A stretch of 64,000 nt of DNA. It comes from Heterodontus francisci (Eukaryota). This document shows positions 61,925 to 64,000 of this stretch, in pieces. The stretch spans positions 67,833,781 to 67,897,780 of the forward strand of contig NC_090397.1 in NCBI RefSeq assembly GCF_036365525.1, read 5' to 3'. The position numbers were made by a program, and so were the translations under genes. Under the pieces are notes generated by a model that worked only from the letters and a program-made list of their open reading frames with translations, was not told where the DNA came from and made no database searches. How positions within the stretch are numbered: the stretch's first letter is position 1; each line of letters starts with the position of its first letter.

Positions 61925-62370
61925 GAGAAAGTCTTGCATTTACATAGCGCCTTTCATGACGGCAGGATGTCCCAGAGCACTTTACAGCCCATGAAAGTAG
62001 TTTTGAAATGTCGTCACTGTTTTAGGAAACGCGGCAGCCAATTTGCAGCAAGCTCCCACAAACAGCAATGCAATCACCTGATGATCTGTTTCTCTGATGG
62101 TTGAGGGATAAATATTGGTCAGGGTGCCGGGGAGAACTTCCCTGCTCTTCAAAGTAGCGCCTTGGGATCTTTTACATCCACCTGAGAGAGAAGACAGAGC
62201 CTCGGTTTAACATTTCATCTGAAAGACAGCACCTCTGACAGTGTAGCTCTCCCTCAGTATGGCACTGGAGTGTCAGCTTTGATTTTTGTGCTCAAGTCCT
62301 GGAGTGGGACTTGAACCCACAACCCTTCTGACTCTGGGTGGGAGTGCTACGAACTGAGCCAGGGCTGACA
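61925..62370 (-). mobile_element. Deu-domain SINE
   Basis: Full-length match to the other copies. Confidence 0.88.
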
Positions 62371-62511
62371 TGAAAATAATTTAGGCCAGAAGGTGGTTGA
62401 TATAGTCTTTCCTGGAACAAGGGAGCTTGTGATGTAGAGCAGGCCTGGGTTGGGTTCAACCTTGAAGAATACCCTATTGGCCTACTTGCATTGGTGTGCT
62501 ATTATTGGTGT

Positions 62512-62573
62512 CTTCTTTGGCCTCCTTATCTCGAGAGACAATGGGTAAGCGCCTGGAGGTGGTCAGTGTACTG
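62512..62573 (-). mobile_element. About 60-bp 3' stub of the same RTE family as 39680-40883, with 12-bp TSD
   Basis: CTTCTTTGGCCTCCTTATCTCGAGAGACAATGGGTAAGCGCCTGGAGGTGGTCAGTG; TSD TATTATTGGTGT at 62500-62511 and 62574-62585. Confidence 0.9.
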
Positions 62574-63875
62574 TATTATTGGTGTACTGTGTTGTTTACC
62601 CATGCAGTTTTACTGACTGTTTCATCTTAGTGTGCCTTATTAGTTTGCTTTGTTTTTCGATTTGTTGGCACGTTTTATCATATACGAGGGTGACGTGTTG
62701 CACCTATTGTTGTATCATATAATGGTGAATCACAATGGTATGCCATGTTGACACATCATGTTAGTTTGCCTGATATGTTGGTGTACATTTTTAAGGTGTG
62801 TTTTGTTAATACATCTTGTCAGTCTGCATTTACGTATGTGCTAACAGTGTACCTTTATCACTGTTAAAAAAAAAAAATCATTCCAAACCCAGAATTCTGA
62901 AATTGGGCTTTGATAATGAAACCATGCCTCATTGGTGAGGGATATCATATTAACAAGCTCCCCTGATGGTTATATTCTCCAGATGCAGTTCTGTACTCAA
63001 TGCCCAGTCTGTGTTGAGTTATCTGATATCAGTCCGGGTGATGATGGGCCTCTGCATTCCTGGGCTAGGGAGGAGGAAAAACCAGCTAATGTTCCTGCGG
63101 CAGATCACCCGATTGGAATCCTTGCTGGAAGGTGCAAGCATCTGGTTGTTAATGAGGGCAGGGCTAGGCTTGGTGCTGAGGCAATAGTCTTCCAGCATTC
63201 ACTGTCTGGTTTCAGACATAAATAATGTTTACTTGGGTGAGGTATGGGAGGGCTGCCAGAACAAAACCTCACATTGAGTCACTGCCGAGGGTGAGAAAAG
63301 GCAGAAAACAGGTACAAACAATACAGACATTGACATTGCCATTACAATTATTTGTATGAAGTGGCTTTCTCTTCGCTAAGGTCCTGAAGGAGGAAAAAAA
63401 TTTGCGGGGTTATGGGGAAAGGGCGAGGGGTGCTACTCCCTGTCTAGCCTTGTTCTGTGCTGTAACCATTCTATGATTCTATTCTATTTCTGTGTAAGCT
63501 GTTGCTTTATCATTAGATGTCAACATCAAGAGAAATAGCTGCTTGCATTAGTTCATTTGGTTGAGAGACACAAAGTCTTGCTTTAAGTAAGATGGGAGGA
63601 GGTTTGTGTGCAGTATAGACCTGTTGGGCCGAGTGGCCTGCTTCTGTGATGTAAATACTATATAATACTAGGTTCTGCTGAGGTTTAAGGGTGCATTCAC
63701 ATTACATCCACAGTGTCATGACAAAGCTTTTTAACTTCACATTGATGCAGTATTGACAGTGTAAATCTGGCATCAGGGTCTGATCTAACACCACAACTAG
63801 GCTGAATGAGACAGCCTGGAGGATTCAGTCTTCTGCTGCTTCCATTTGGAGTCAGTTTGAGCTCTTAGCATAATA

Positions 63876-64000
63876 ATGAAAGCAAAATACTACAGATGCT
63901 GGAAACCTGAAATAAAAACAGAAAGTGCTGGAAATACTCAGCTGGTCAGGCAGCATCTGTGGAGAGAGAAACAGAGTTGACGTCTGTGACCTTTCATCAG
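63876..64000 (-). mobile_element. Penelope 3'-end unit with a hammerhead that has lost its GAAA segment; runs off the window
   Basis: CTGATGA-A-AGGTC-ACA-GAC[deletion]GTCAACTCTG plus the conserved tail. Confidence 0.8.

Overview
Vertebrate genomic DNA, very probably from a shark or other chondrichthyan, judged by its V-SINE/HE1-like, Deu-SINE, CR1, L2, RTE and Penelope repeat content. Two spliced genes lie head-to-head around a CpG-rich promoter at about 11.8-12.1 kb. On the minus strand is the 5' half of RBM17/SPF45: a non-coding exon 1 and five coding exons, with the remainder off the left edge. On the plus strand is a complete ECHDC3 (five coding exons, 314 aa). From about 24 to 61 kb I found no host exons, only nested retroelements; a possible first exon of the next gene lies near 61 kb. 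The most notable observations are: (1) a dispersed family of Penelope-derived minimal hammerhead ribozymes with covarying helices, whose best-preserved copy is sense-oriented just upstream of the fourth ECHDC3 coding exon; (2) a 2.15-kb C-free purine array filling about 94% of RBM17 intron 1; (3) an inverted duplication between RBM17 intron 6 and a site 45 kb away; (4) three solo LTRs of one family within 15 kb; (5) a hammerhead cassette apparently disabled by a loop micro-inversion. Exon coordinates were read base by base. Repeat boundaries are approximate, and family names come from motif recognition, not database searches.
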